From the NCBI GenBank assembly GCA_963837215.1, contig CAWIML010000007.1, positions 459,284-523,283 of the forward strand: DNA of 64,000 nt, in the 5' to 3' direction. This stretch comes from an uncultured Chloroflexia bacterium (lineage in GTDB: Bacteria > Chloroflexota > Limnocylindria > Limnocylindrales > CSP1-4). Below the pieces are notes generated by a model that was not told where the DNA came from, searched no databases, and saw nothing but the letters and a program-made list of their open reading frames with translations. The position numbers were made by a program, and so were the translations under genes. Positions 38,604-49,229 of this stretch are shown one piece after another (position 1 is the stretch's first letter; each line of letters begins with the position of its first letter).

Positions 38604-39908
38604 ATGACCTCAGACACGCACGTGGCCGTGATCGGCCTCGGCTACGTCGGCCTGCCCCTCGCCATCTCGCTGGCGGAAGCCGGCCTCGATGTCGAGGGCA
38701 TCGACATCTCCGAGGACCGTGTCGCGGCCGTGACGGCTGGCAGATCGCCGATCGACGACGTGAACGAAGCGCGACTTCGGGCGGCCCTCGGCTCGACGTT
38801 CAGGGTGGCGCGTCAGGCAGAGGCCCGGATCGACGCGGCCGACGTCATCTTCGTCTGCGTCCCGACCCCGATCACCGCCACCAAGGACCCGGACCTCGGC
38901 CCCGTGCTCGCTGCGGCCGCCCTCATCCGGGACCACGTCCGTCGCGGCCAGCTCATCGTCCTCCAATCGACGACCTTCCCGGGCACGACGGCGGGGCCGT
39001 TCCGGGCTCTCATCGAGGAGAGCGGCCTGGTTGCGGGTGCGGACTTCGACCTCGCCTTCGCTCCCGAGCGCGTCAACCCCGGTGATCCCGCGAGCGCGGC
39101 GCGCAGTGTGCCGCGCCTCGTCGGTGGCCTGACGCCTGCCGCGACAGCTCGTGCGGCAGCAGTATTGAGACGCATCAACGACCAGGTCATCGAACTCTCG
39201 TCGCCTGATGCAGCCGAGCTGGCCAAGCTGCTGGAGAACGTCTTCCGCAACATCAACATCGCCTTCGTCAACAACCTGGCCCTGCTCTGTGAGCGGATGG
39301 GCCTCGATGTCTGGGAGGTCATCGACGCCGCGGCTACCAAGCCCTTCGGGTTCATGCGCTTCACGCCTGGCCCTGGCGTCGGCGGCCATTGCATCCCGGT
39401 CGATCCGTACTACCTCTCCTGGCGGGCGCGCGAGTTCGACTTCATCGATCGCTTCATCGAGCTTGCGGCCGACATCAACGTGGCCATGCCGCGCCACGTC
39501 GTCGATCTCGTCGCGGAGGCCCTCAACGACCGTGGCAGAGCGCTCAAGGGCGCCAAGGTCGGCGTCATCGGCGTGGCCTTCAAGCCGGACGTCCATGACG
39601 AGCGGAACTCGCCGGCCGCCGACGTGCTGGCGGGTCTCGCGGAGCGCGGCGCCGACGTCCGCTATCACGACCCGCATGTGGGCACGTTCCGGGATGCTTC
39701 GGGGGTCGTCCGCGATGGCGTCGCCCTTGGCCCGCTCGTGGCCTGGGCCGACGTCGTGGTGATCGTGACACCGCACCGGGCTGTCGACTGGGGCTCGGTC
39801 TACGGGTCGGCGGCTCTGGTCGTCGACACGGTCAACTCGTCGAAGGGCCACCGGCTCCGCGACCGCCAGGTGCTCCGGCTCGGCGCCGGCTGGTCGTCCG
39901 ACGCCTGA
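38604..39908 (+). CDS. UDP-sugar 6-dehydrogenase family (UDP-N-acetyl-hexosamine dehydrogenase-like)
   Basis: Rossmann motif VAVIGLGYVGLPLA and catalytic GGHCIPVDPYYL. I chose ATG 38604 because TATGCT at 38592-38597 lies 6 nt upstream (track start is 38580). Confidence 0.9.
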   Translation: MTSDTHVAVIGLGYVGLPLAISLAEAGLDVEGIDISEDRVAAVTAGRSPIDDVNEARLRAALGSTFRVARQAEARIDAADVIFVCVPTPITATKDPDLGPVLAAAALIRDHVRRGQLIVLQSTTFPGTTAGPFRALIEESGLVAGADFDLAFAPERVNPGDPASAARSVPRLVGGLTPAATARAAAVLRRINDQVIELSSPDAAELAKLLENVFRNINIAFVNNLALLCERMGLDVWEVIDAAATKPFGFMRFTPGPGVGGHCIPVDPYYLSWRAREFDFIDRFIELAADINVAMPRHVVDLVAEALNDRGRALKGAKVGVIGVAFKPDVHDERNSPAADVLAGLAERGADVRYHDPHVGTFRDASGVVRDGVALGPLVAWADVVVIVTPHRAVDWGSVYGSAALVVDTVNSSKGHRLRDRQVLRLGAGWSSDA

Positions 39909-39924
39909 CCGCGGCTGACCCCGG

Positions 39925-41444
39925 TTGGACGAGACGCCGACGCTCGACGCCAGGGGCGCGGAGCGGTCAGAAGACGAAGCCGGGGACGTTCGTCTGACCG
40001 TCGATGGTCGGGCAGCCCGCATCGCGTTCCTGTCGTACTCGTCTGGCGAGTTCGACGCACGCTCGTTCCGCATGGCTCGATCAGCCGTCGAGGCTGGCTG
40101 CGTGGTGACCGTCTACGCTCGGTGGCATCGGGGCCTGGCGCCGATCGAGCAGCGCGACGGATATCGGCTCGTGCGGGTCCCCTGGGAGTGGCACCTCGCG
40201 GTGCCCGGCCTGCGCCGCCGGGCACGACCGACGGATCGCGGCCGCCATGGCGCTCGCGGTCGCCGACGGCCGAGCCGCGCCCGAGACGTCGGGCGCGCCG
40301 CCTGGCCCCCCCGGCCCGAGAGCCTCGGGCTCGGTCGACCTCGGACGGCCCGGAGCTCGCCGGCCGTCCGACATCTGGCGGCGGTTCCGCCGAGGCCGTC
40401 CGCTCGAGCGCCTGAACTGGTGGGTGCGCATCCGCGAGTTCCTGCTCCGGCCCATGGGCTGGGCGGCAGCGCTCGAGCCCGTGGTCGAGCCGGTCGACAT
40501 CTGGCACGGCATGTGGGCCGGCTCGCTGCCGGCCCTCCTGTCGATGCGTCGTCGGTACGGCGGCCGGACGATCTATGACAGCCGCGACGTCTTCATGCGG
40601 TCGCGCGAGTACGCTCGGCTCGGTCAGCCCGGACGATCGATCCTGGCCTGGATCGAGCGCCGGTGGGCGGGCGAGGTCGATCGCGTCCTGACGGTCAACG
40701 ATGCCTATGCGACGCTCCTCGAACGAGACCTGCGCGTCCGACGGCCCACCGTGGTCATGAACTGCCCGGAGACGTGGACGCCGCCCTCGCCGAGGCCGGA
40801 CCTCATCCGGACCGCCCTCGATCTGCCGGTCGAGACGGCCATCGTCCTGTACCAGGGTCGCCTGACGGCGGAGCGGGGCATCGAGCAGGCCGTCGAGGCG
40901 ATCCTCCAAGTGCCCGAAGCCGTGCTCGTCGTGCTCGGGTTCGGGGTCATGGAGGATGCCCTGAGACGGCAGGCGTCGGCGTCGCCCTACCTGGGTCGAG
41001 TCCATCTGCTGCCGGCGGTTCCGCCCGAGGCGTTGCTGCTCTGGTCGGCCTCGGCCGACGCGCTCGTCATGGCCATCCAGCCGACGACCATCAACCATCG
41101 CTTCACCACCCCCCAGAAGCTCTTCGAAGCGATGGCGGCGGGTGTCCCGGTCGTCGCCTCGGATCTGCCCGGCATGGCCGGGATCATCCAGGCGACGGGC
41201 GCTGGGATCCTCTGCGACCCGACGTCGGCCGCCTCGATCGCCGATGCCATCCGACGCATCGTGACCGCCCCGCCCGCCGAGCGGGAGGCGATGCGCGCCC
41301 GCGCCCTTCGAGCCGCACACGAGCGCTATAACTGGGGATCCCAGGTCGAGACGCTCCTCGGCGCTCTATCGGGAGCTCCTGGTGGGCGACCTCAGGCGAG
41401 CCCGATCCGGCGGGCGAGCCGGGCCAGCAGCGAGGTCAGCATGA
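39925..41444 (+). pseudogene. GT4-family glycosyltransferase; frame interrupted as assembled
   Basis: N part is frame 1 (RIAFLSYSSGEFDARSFRMARSAVEAGCVVTVYA). The core is frame 2 (track ORF 40247..: VLTVNDAYATLL...VLYQGRLTAERGIE...TTPQKLFEAMAAGVPVVASDLPGM). Shifts at about 40225 and probably about 41365 (frame 3 gives LYRELLVGDL... with a stop at 41442-41444). The 3' end is uncertain. Confidence 0.75.
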
Positions 41445-42635
41445 GGATCGCGCTCGGCGACCATTCCGCCAACGGGAGACCCGACCCTCCGCCGGGCCCA
41501 GAAGGCCGCGCCGAGCGCGGGGTTGCCGCCCAGGCGACGGCTCGATCGCGGGTCGCCGACGAGGACCGGCCGTACCATCCGCCAGTAGCTCGACCGTGCC
41601 GCGGGCGCGAGCGCCGAGTATCGATAGGCCGCCGATCGGACGACCTGCGTCAGGTGGACATCGGTGCCGGCAAGGGTCTCGGGGGGCACGACCTCGAAGA
41701 ACCGGCCCACCGCCTCGTAGAGCTCCGCGGTCGCCGGATCCCGCCGGTCGGCAGCCACACGCAGTCGATCCCCGATGTCCGAGCGCAGCAGCCGCTCGAA
41801 ATAGGTCCGCTTGACGATCGGCCGCCTCGCCTCATCGCCGACCAGCGAGTCGACGTCGCCACTGACCTCGAGGAACGCCGTTCGGGCGACGCGTGCCATC
41901 TCCGCCGCGCTGCTGGCCGAGGTTCGCGTCTCGGCCGTGATCGTCGGCCACGTATCGATCGGGGTGTGGCCGGAGCCACTCGTAGACGGTCTCGCCGATG
42001 ACCTCGATCTCGTCACCCGCCGCCAAGAGGGCGTGGATCGTCCACGGCTGGTCGCCCAACACGCGGCCGTCGAACTGCCGCCCGCCGATGAGCGACCGAT
42101 GGATGGCCTTGCCGGTCGCGGAGGCGTAGTAGAGCAGGCCCGGGTGGGTCGCGATGGCCTTACGGCCGGGCTGCCGGATGTCGGGGATGTCGTAGAGCGC
42201 CGACAGCCAGCTCCGCTCCCCGTCGGTCCAGATGCGCTGGCCGATGACGGCCCGGACGTCGGGGTCGGCGGTCGGATGCATCAGGGCGGCGACGCCACCG
42301 GGCAGCAAGCGGTCATCGGCGTCGAGGAAGGCCAGCCACTCGCCGCGGGCGATCGCCAGGCCGCGGTTGCGCGCGCTCGAGACGCCCTCGTTCGACTCGA
42401 GTCGGACGACGACGACGCGAGCGTCGCGGTCCGCCACCGCCTGCACGACCTCGGCGGTGCCGTCCGTCGAGCCGTCGTCGATGACCACGCATTCGAGCGC
42501 CACGTCGCGCTCCGCAAGGACCGAGTCCAGGGCGCGCTCGATGGTGGTGGCGGCGTTCCAGCACGGGATCAGGACGGACAGCCGCGGCGTGGCCGCGTCA
42601 CCCGGCGCCGAGCCACCGCCGCTCGAGTCGCTCAA
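41366..42635 (-). pseudogene. GT2-family glycosyltransferase with C-terminal extension; frame interrupted as assembled
   Basis: N part is ORF 41832..42635 (LSVLIPCWNAATTIERALDSV...VVIDDGSTDGT...AFLDADD). The C part continues in ORF 41366..42016. Junction about 41955. TTG start overlaps the rmlC stop. Confidence 0.75.
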
Positions 42636-43181
42636 GCGGTGTTCTGGCTGCGGAGGCGCGCGACGAGCTCGGTCAGCGACGGGTTCTGGAGGTCGCGATC
42701 CGAGAGGATGGGACGCCCATCGGCTGCCTCCGGGACTGCCGGCCAGGGAACCGCTGCGAGGCCGTCATCCCAGGCGAAGCCGTGCTCGTCCGAGCCGTCG
42801 TACTCGTTGGTCACGACATAGAGCAGCTCGAGGGGCTCGAGGGCCAGGAAGCCATGGGCGACGCCGGGCGGGATGAAGCACCACTCGTCGGGCGCCATCT
42901 CGAAGGTCTCCACGAACGGCCGACCGCCGCCCCCGAGCATCGGTCGCACATCGACGAGGGCGACGAACGCGAGGCCGCTGCCCACGATCCAGTGATCCGA
43001 CTGCCGACGGTGAAGGTGGAGCCCGCGCAGTACGCCCACTGTCCGAGACCGAGGCGTTCGCCTGCGTGAACCGCTCGCCCGGGAACCAGCTTGATCGCCA
43101 AAGCTCGCGGAAGGAGCCGCGCGCGTCGGCGTGTCGCGCCAGCCGTCCACGCCGGACGCCGTCGAGCTCGGGCCCGCTCAT
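42632..43181 (-). pseudogene. rmlC: dTDP-4-dehydrorhamnose 3,5-epimerase; frame interrupted as assembled
   Basis: N part MSGPELDGV...DARGSFRELW...QANASVSDS is in the frame of ORF 42765..43592. C part GVLRGLHLH...IPPGVAHGFLAL...SDRD is ORF 42632..43150. Deleting one G from agtGGGcgt (about 43040) gives NASVSDSGVLRGLH. ATGA overlap with rmlD. Confidence 0.85.
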
Positions 43182-44072
43182 CCAGCCCCTGCGTACGTCG
43201 CCACGTAGGCCTCCGTGGCCGCCTGCCAGGTCGGCAGCGACAGGCCACCCGGGAGCGGAGTCGGCGCCAGCACGCCCCACGCCGGGGGTGTCGAGGCACG
43301 TGTCCAGGACGCCGACGCGATCGGCTCGACGTCGTCCGATCGGCCGCTCGCCCGCAAGATGACCCTCGCCCAGTCGTAGCGTGAGGCGACGCCCTCGTTG
43401 ACGCAGTGGTGGATACCGGACGGAACGCCGGCTTCGATGAGCGCGACGATGGCCCGGGCGAGGTCGCCGGTCGAGGTCGGCGAGCCGAACTCGTCGTCGA
43501 CGACGCGAAGGCGCTCTCGGCGCGCGTCGGCCGCATCGGCCGCGGCCAGGATCTTGGTCGGGAAGTCGCCGCCCGGTGGCCCGAAGAGCCAAGAGGTCCG
43601 GACGATAGCCAGGCCGGCGCGAGCGGTGGCGCCGAACGCCGCGCGGGCCAGCCTCTCGCCCTCGAGCTTGCTCGCGCCATAGGCATTGATGGGGCCCGGC
43701 GCGTCGTCAGGGCCGTAGCCTCGCCCGTCGGTGCGTCGCCCATCGAAGACCTCGTTGGTCGAGATGAAGATCAGCTCGACGCCGCGCGACGCGCAGGTCG
43801 CCGCCAGCGCACCGACCGCCTCACCGTTGCGACGTCTGGCGAGTTCGGGCTCCTGCGCACAGCCGTCGACATCCGTCCATGCGGCGGTGTGGACGACCAC
43901 GCTCGGCTGGTCACGGTCGACGAGCCGGGCTCCGCCGTCGAGGTCGTCGAGGTCATAGTCCGGGCGCGCCCAGGGCACCGGCCTGCGATCCGGCCTGGAC
44001 GTCGAGTCGGCGGAGGACGGCCCGTCCGAGCCGACCGCCGGGACCGGTGACGGCGACGATCCGCTCAGCCAT
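43178..44072 (-). pseudogene. rmlD: dTDP-4-dehydrorhamnose reductase; frame interrupted as assembled
   Basis: N part MAERIVAVTGPGGRLGRAVL (frame of ORF 43953..44588). C part VVHTAAWTDVDGC...INAYGASKLEGE (ORF 43178..44155). Junction about 43975. Confidence 0.85.
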
Positions 44073-45165
44073 CGGCGGCCGTGGACGAGGCCAGGCGCTC
44101 GCCGTAGAGCCGCTCGTAGTACTCGTCCCAATCGCCCGAGCGGGCCGTTCGCCACCAGTCCGCGTGCTCCCGGTACCAGTCGACCGTGGCGGCGAGCCCG
44201 GCCTCGAAAGCGACACGGTTCTGCCAGCCGATCGAGGCCAGGCGTGAGCCGTCCATGGCATAGCGACGATCGTGCCCCGGCCGATCCTCGACGCTCCGCA
44301 CGAGGGACCAGGGCTTGCCGAGTCGCTCGAGCAGGATGCGCACGATCTCGCGGTTCTCGTGGCCGCCGGCGCCCGGCACGTTGTAGGCCGTTCCACTTCG
44401 ACCCTCACGCAGGACATGCAGGATCGCCCCCGCGTGGTCCGCGACGTGCAGCCAGTCGCGCTCCTGGCGGCCGTCGCCGTAGAGCGGCAGCGGCCGATCC
44501 TGGATGGCGTTGGTGACGAAGAGCGGGACGAGCTTCTCGGGAAACTGATATGGGCCATACGTGTTGGAGCCCCGTGTGACGACGACATCCAGGTCGTGCG
44601 TCGTGTGGTAGCTCAACGCCAACAGCTCCCCGGCGGCCTTGGCGGCGGCGTAGGGCGACCGCGGGGCGATCGGGTCGCGCTCCGTCGAGAAGCCCGTCTC
44701 GACCGAACCGTAGACCTCGTCGGTCGATACCTGCAGGAAGCGCGGCGCGGCCATGCGCTCGCCGCTCGTGGCACGCAGCGACTCGCGAAGGGTAGCCTCG
44801 AGCAGGACGTGGACGCCCGTTACGCCCGTGTACAGGAAGGCGGCCGCGTCGTGGATGCTCCGATCGACGTGTGACTCGGCGGCGAAGTTGACGATGGCGT
44901 CGACCTCCTTCGCCAGATCACCGACCAGCCGCGTGTCGGCGATATCGCCGCGCACGAAGGCCAGTCGAGCCGCCCGGGCAGGGTCCGCATCGACCTCCGC
45001 CAGGTTGTCGCGTCGCCCGGCATACGTCAGGAGGTCGAGGACGGTGATTCGCAGGGTCGGATCGTCCGCCAGCGCGTCGCGTACGAAGGACGAGCCGATG
45101 AAGCCGGCCCCACCCGTCACCAGGAGGTGGGCGCCGCGACCGCGGGCAAGTCGGTCGGCGGTCAC
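44065..45165 (-). CDS. rmlB: dTDP-glucose 4,6-dehydratase
   Basis: LLVTGGAGFIGSSFV, YAAAKAAGE and the rest of the SDR fold. GTG 45165 overlaps the rmlA stop (GTGA). The track ORF runs on to 45612. Confidence 0.9.
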   Translation of the reverse strand: MTADRLARGRGAHLLVTGGAGFIGSSFVRDALADDPTLRITVLDLLTYAGRRDNLAEVDADPARAARLAFVRGDIADTRLVGDLAKEVDAIVNFAAESHVDRSIHDAAAFLYTGVTGVHVLLEATLRESLRATSGERMAAPRFLQVSTDEVYGSVETGFSTERDPIAPRSPYAAAKAAGELLALSYHTTHDLDVVVTRGSNTYGPYQFPEKLVPLFVTNAIQDRPLPLYGDGRQERDWLHVADHAGAILHVLREGRSGTAYNVPGAGGHENREIVRILLERLGKPWSLVRSVEDRPGHDRRYAMDGSRLASIGWQNRVAFEAGLAATVDWYREHADWWRTARSGDWDEYYERLYGERLASSTAADG

Positions 45166-45917
45166 GGCCGTTGCGGCGGCGGGGCGAGCCTGCCGGCGGC
45201 GTCGTCTTCGGCCGCGAAGTGGGCGGCCAGCTGAAGCGAGTCGACGGTGCCGGCGTCGGACCAATGGCCCTCGTAGCGACGCCAGAACAGGCCCCCGTCC
45301 GGTATGTAGTGGTTGAGCACGTCGGTGATCTCGAATTCGCCGCGGCCGGAGGGCGCCAAATGCTCGATGACGTCGAAGGCATCGGGGCGCAGGAAGTAGA
45401 CGCCGATGGGGATGAGGTCGCTCTTCGGTCGCTCCGGCTTCTCTTCGAAGCCGACGATCGAGCCATCGGCGGCGAACTCGGCGACGCCGAAGCGCCTGGC
45501 GTCGGCGACCTGATAAAGCAGGGTGCCAGCGCGGTGGGGACCGCCCTCGAAGTCGGCCGCGACGTCGGCCAACGCCTCGCCGCGCAGGATGTTGTCGCCC
45601 AGCACGCAACAAAAGCTTGTGTCACCCACGAAGTCACGGGCCAGGCCGATCGCGTGCGCGATGCCGAGGGCATCGCGCTGGTGGCGGTACGTCAGGTCGA
45701 GACCGAAATGCTCCCCGTCAGCGAGCAACTCGACCACGTCGCCGACGCTCTTTCCGCCGACGATGACCATGACCTCGCGGATGCCCATGCCGGCAAGGGT
45801 CTCCAGCGGGTAGTAGATCATCGGCCGGTCGTAGACAGGCAGGAGGTGCTTGTTGGTCACGATGGTCAGGGGAAAGAGCCGGGTCGCCGTACCACCGGCC
45901 AGGACGATGCCTTTCAT
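45162..45917 (-). CDS. rmlA: Glucose-1-phosphate thymidylyltransferase (short form)
   Basis: MKGIVLAGGTATRLFPLTIVTNKHLLPVYDRPMIYYPL. The start is internal to track ORF 45162..45998. TACTCT lies 8 nt upstream. Confidence 0.9.
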   Translation of the reverse strand: MKGIVLAGGTATRLFPLTIVTNKHLLPVYDRPMIYYPLETLAGMGIREVMVIVGGKSVGDVVELLADGEHFGLDLTYRHQRDALGIAHAIGLARDFVGDTSFCCVLGDNILRGEALADVAADFEGGPHRAGTLLYQVADARRFGVAEFAADGSIVGFEEKPERPKSDLIPIGVYFLRPDAFDVIEHLAPSGRGEFEITDVLNHYIPDGGLFWRRYEGHWSDAGTVDSLQLAAHFAAEDDAAGRLAPPPQRP

Positions 45918-46043
45918 GCCGGCCCAGAGTAGCAAAGAGCCGCTGCCCGACCCGAGCCACCACACGGGATAGACTTCCGCTGTCCCGCCCGGCGCCACCG
46001 TCCCCGCCTCGGCGCCCGCGGATGAGCGAGGTTCCCCGGCCTG

Positions 46044-49000
46044 ATGGAGCGCCCGACGCCGCCGACCGACGCCGACACGGAGCGGCTGACCGACGCCGAC
46101 GACCGGCGCCGAGCGACTACGTCAGCTCGAGGCGCGCGTCGAAGGGCTCGAGGTCGAGCTCTCACTCGACCGGGAGCGCCTGCACACGGCCGCGGCGACC
46201 ATCCGGGCGCGCGAAGCGGACCTCAGGGCACAGGCGGCGGAGCTGGCGCGGGTACGGCGAGAGTCGCGTCAGTTCAAGCGACGGCGATCCGTCCGCGCGG
46301 CGACCATGCTCTCCGCTCGGATGCGGCTGCTGCTGGAGCGCGCTCGGCGGCTGACCGCATGGCCCCGTCGCGCCCGCCGCCGGATCCTGGAGCGCGTCGA
46401 CGAGCGACGGCGACGAGCCTCCGCCGCTGCCGAGCGGGCGCTCGTCGAGCGGATCCGCGGCGCCTCTGCGCCCGCCCTCACCACAGGGCCGCTGGTCTCG
46501 ATCGTCATCCTCAATCGGGATGGCCGCCAGCACCTCGAGCGCTGTCTGAAGGCCGTGGCGCAGACGGCGTACCGCGACGTCGAGATCATCGTGGTCGACA
46601 ACGGCTCGACCGACGGTTCAGCCGAGCTCGCGGAGCGGAAGTCGATGCCCTTCCCGCTCACCGTCATCCGCAACGCGGAGAACCGGACCTTCTCGGAGGC
46701 GAATGCCCAGGGCGTCGAGGCAGCGGCCGGTGAGCTCATCTGCTTCCTCAACAACGACACGGACCCGATCACCGAGCACTGGCTCGGTTACCTCGTCGAG
46801 ACCTCGCGGATGCCGGGCGCCGTGGCCGTCGGCGCGCGGCTCATCTACCCACGCCACCGCGGCGGGACCCGTGGCGGCGAGCACCTCGCCGACCTGACGC
46901 TCCAGCATCGCGGCGTGTCCTTCGATCGCACGATGCCGGTCCCGATCCCGCGCCCGATGGGGGCGGGCGAGGATCCACTGGCGCCCGTCGCCGTCGGCGT
47001 CGCCGAGCGCCCGGCATTGACGGCCGCCTGCCTGCTCATGAAACGCGATGCCTTCGAGGCCGTCGGGGGCTTCTCGACCGAATACGACTACGGCCTGGAG
47101 GACGTGGACCTCTGCCTCAAGCTGCGTGCCGCCGGAGGACGCCTCATCTATGACGGTCGCGCCGCGCTCTGGCACCACGAGTCCGCCACGCGGGCTGTGG
47201 ACGTCGACTTGCGTCGCGCCAGGGTCGAGCACAACCGCGAGGCGTACGTCGATGCCTGGGGTCCACGGGTCTTCCGGGAGGCGCTTCTCGAGGCCCTGAT
47301 CGGAGGCGACCGAGACTGGGCCGATCCCTTCCACGTCGCGATCACGCTCACCAGCCTGGATCCCGAGGCCGGCTTCGGCGACTGGTACACGGGACACGAG
47401 CTCGGCGATGCCCTGCAGGCGCTCGGCTGGCGGGTGAGCTATCTCGAGCGCCGAGCGGATGGCTGGTACAGCCCAGCGCCCACGGTCGAGGCCATCATCG
47501 TGCTGCTCGACGCCTGCGACATCCGACGCCTGCCCCGTGGCCTGGTGACCTTGGCCTGGATCCGAAGTTGGCCGGAGCGCTGGATGGCCCGCGCGTGGTT
47601 CGATGACTACGACATCGTCCTGGCTGCGAGCGAGCGCGATCGTCGACATGGTGCGGCGCCGGAGCTCCAAGACGGCCTCGCTCCTTCCCATCGCCACGAA
47701 TCCGGACCGCTTCCAGGGCCAGGATCCAGCGCCTGATCTGGCCTGCGACGTGCTCTTCATGGGCAGCTACTGGGGCCAGCCCAGGGACGTCATCGACGCG
47801 CTGCCCGCGCTGGCCGAGCGCGGCTATTCCGTACACGTCTACGGCCGGGGTTGGGAGGATGTGCCCGGCATGGCCGCGCTTCACCGCGGATTCCTGGCCT
47901 ACGACGACGTCCCGCGCGCCTACGCCTCCGCGCGGATCGTGGTCGACGATGCGGCCGAGCCGACCAAGGCCTGTGGCTCGGTCAACTCGCGCGTCTTCGA
48001 CGCGCTGGCCATGGGGGCCGTCGTGGTCAGCAGCGGTGAGCTCGGCGTCGCACGACCTCTTCGACACGGCATTCCCGACCTGGTCCGACGGGCCATCGCT
48101 GACCGCCGCTCGTCGAGTCGATCCTGCACGAGCCTGAGCCTTACCTGGCGCGGGCAGGTGGATATCAGTCCCAGGTTCTCGCGGAGCACACGTACGCGCT
48201 GCGGGCGCGGGCCGTTCGGGACAGGCTCGGGAGCGTGGGCGTCGGCCACGCGCTACGGCCTGCGCATCGGAGTCCCGAGCTGGGACGTCGCCGAGACGTG
48301 GGGCGATCTACCACTTCGCCCGTGCGCTGCAGCGCTCACTCGAACGGGACGGCCACCCGACCCGCGTGCACCTGCTGCCCGACTGGGCTGCGCCCGTCGC
48401 TGCCCGCGACGATGTGGCCCTGCACATCTTCGGTCTCAGGGAGGCGCCGACGAGGCCGGGCCAGGTCAATCTGCTCTGGCATATCAGTCACCCCGATCGC
48501 GCCAGCCCGGAGCTATACGACCGCTACGACCATGTCTTCGTCGCCTCGGATGTCTTCGCCGCGCGCATGGCATCGCGCGCCGATGTCGCCGTGACCGCGC
48601 TGCACCAGGCCACCGACCCCGAGCGGTTCGCTCCCGACGCGACCGGCCCGAGGCACGAGCTCCTCTTCGTGGCTAACTCCAGGAACGTGCACCGGCGCAT
48701 CGTGGACGACCTGGCCGGCACGGACCACGACCTCGCGGTGTATGGCCAGAAGTGGCGTCCGGATCTGATCGAGCCGCGCTTCGTGAAGGGCGAGGGCATC
48801 CCCAACGCCGATCTGGCCCGGTATTACAGCTCGGCCTCGATCGTCCTCAACGACCACTGGGAAGACATGCGCGCCGAGGGCTTCATCTCGAACCGCATCT
48901 ACGACGCACTGGCATGCGCCGCCTTCGTCATCTCGGACGACGTCGAAGGCATCCACGCCGAGTTCGACGGATCGGTGATCACGTATCAGGGTCGCCAAGA

Positions 49001-49229
49001 GCTGCTCGCGCTCATCGAACGCTATCTGGCCGATCCGGCAGAGCGCCGCCGCCTCGGGGAGCGGGGACGAGCCATCGTGCTCGAGCGCCATACCTTCGAC
49101 GCTCGTGCACGTGAGATCGAGGCCGTCGTCACAGAGCTTTCGCGATCGCGCCCGACCCGGATCCTTGCTCCGCCCGCACGTCAGGGTTCGCGGAGGAGCG
49201 CCGCGACGGTGTCGGCAAACGGGAACTGA
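46044..49229 (+). pseudogene. About 1060-aa multidomain glycosyltransferase: N-terminal coiled coil, GT2 module, two CgeB-like GT-B modules; six frame interruptions as assembled
   Basis: Coiled coil AERLRQLEARVEGLEVELSLDRERLHTAAATIRAREADLRAQAAELARV. GT2 module VSIVILNRDGRQHLERCL...IIVVDNGSTDGS...CFLNNDT...EDVDLCLK. Two modules share F/WGD(W/Y)(Y/H)...(RGWEDV / GQKWRP)...N.R(V/I)(F/Y)DALA. Frames run 3->1->2->3->1->2->3, with shifts at about 46110, 47638, 48049, 48108, 48230 and 48308. Track ORFs 46044, 46306, 47603, 47859, 48235 and 48366..49229. Confidence 0.7.

Noticed and set aside
41366-42016. Track ORF as an independent 216-aa gene.
   Set aside because: It has no plausible start context. 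Its N-terminal part overlaps the GT2 ORF, and its sequence continues the GT2 protein after a single-base correction at about 41955.
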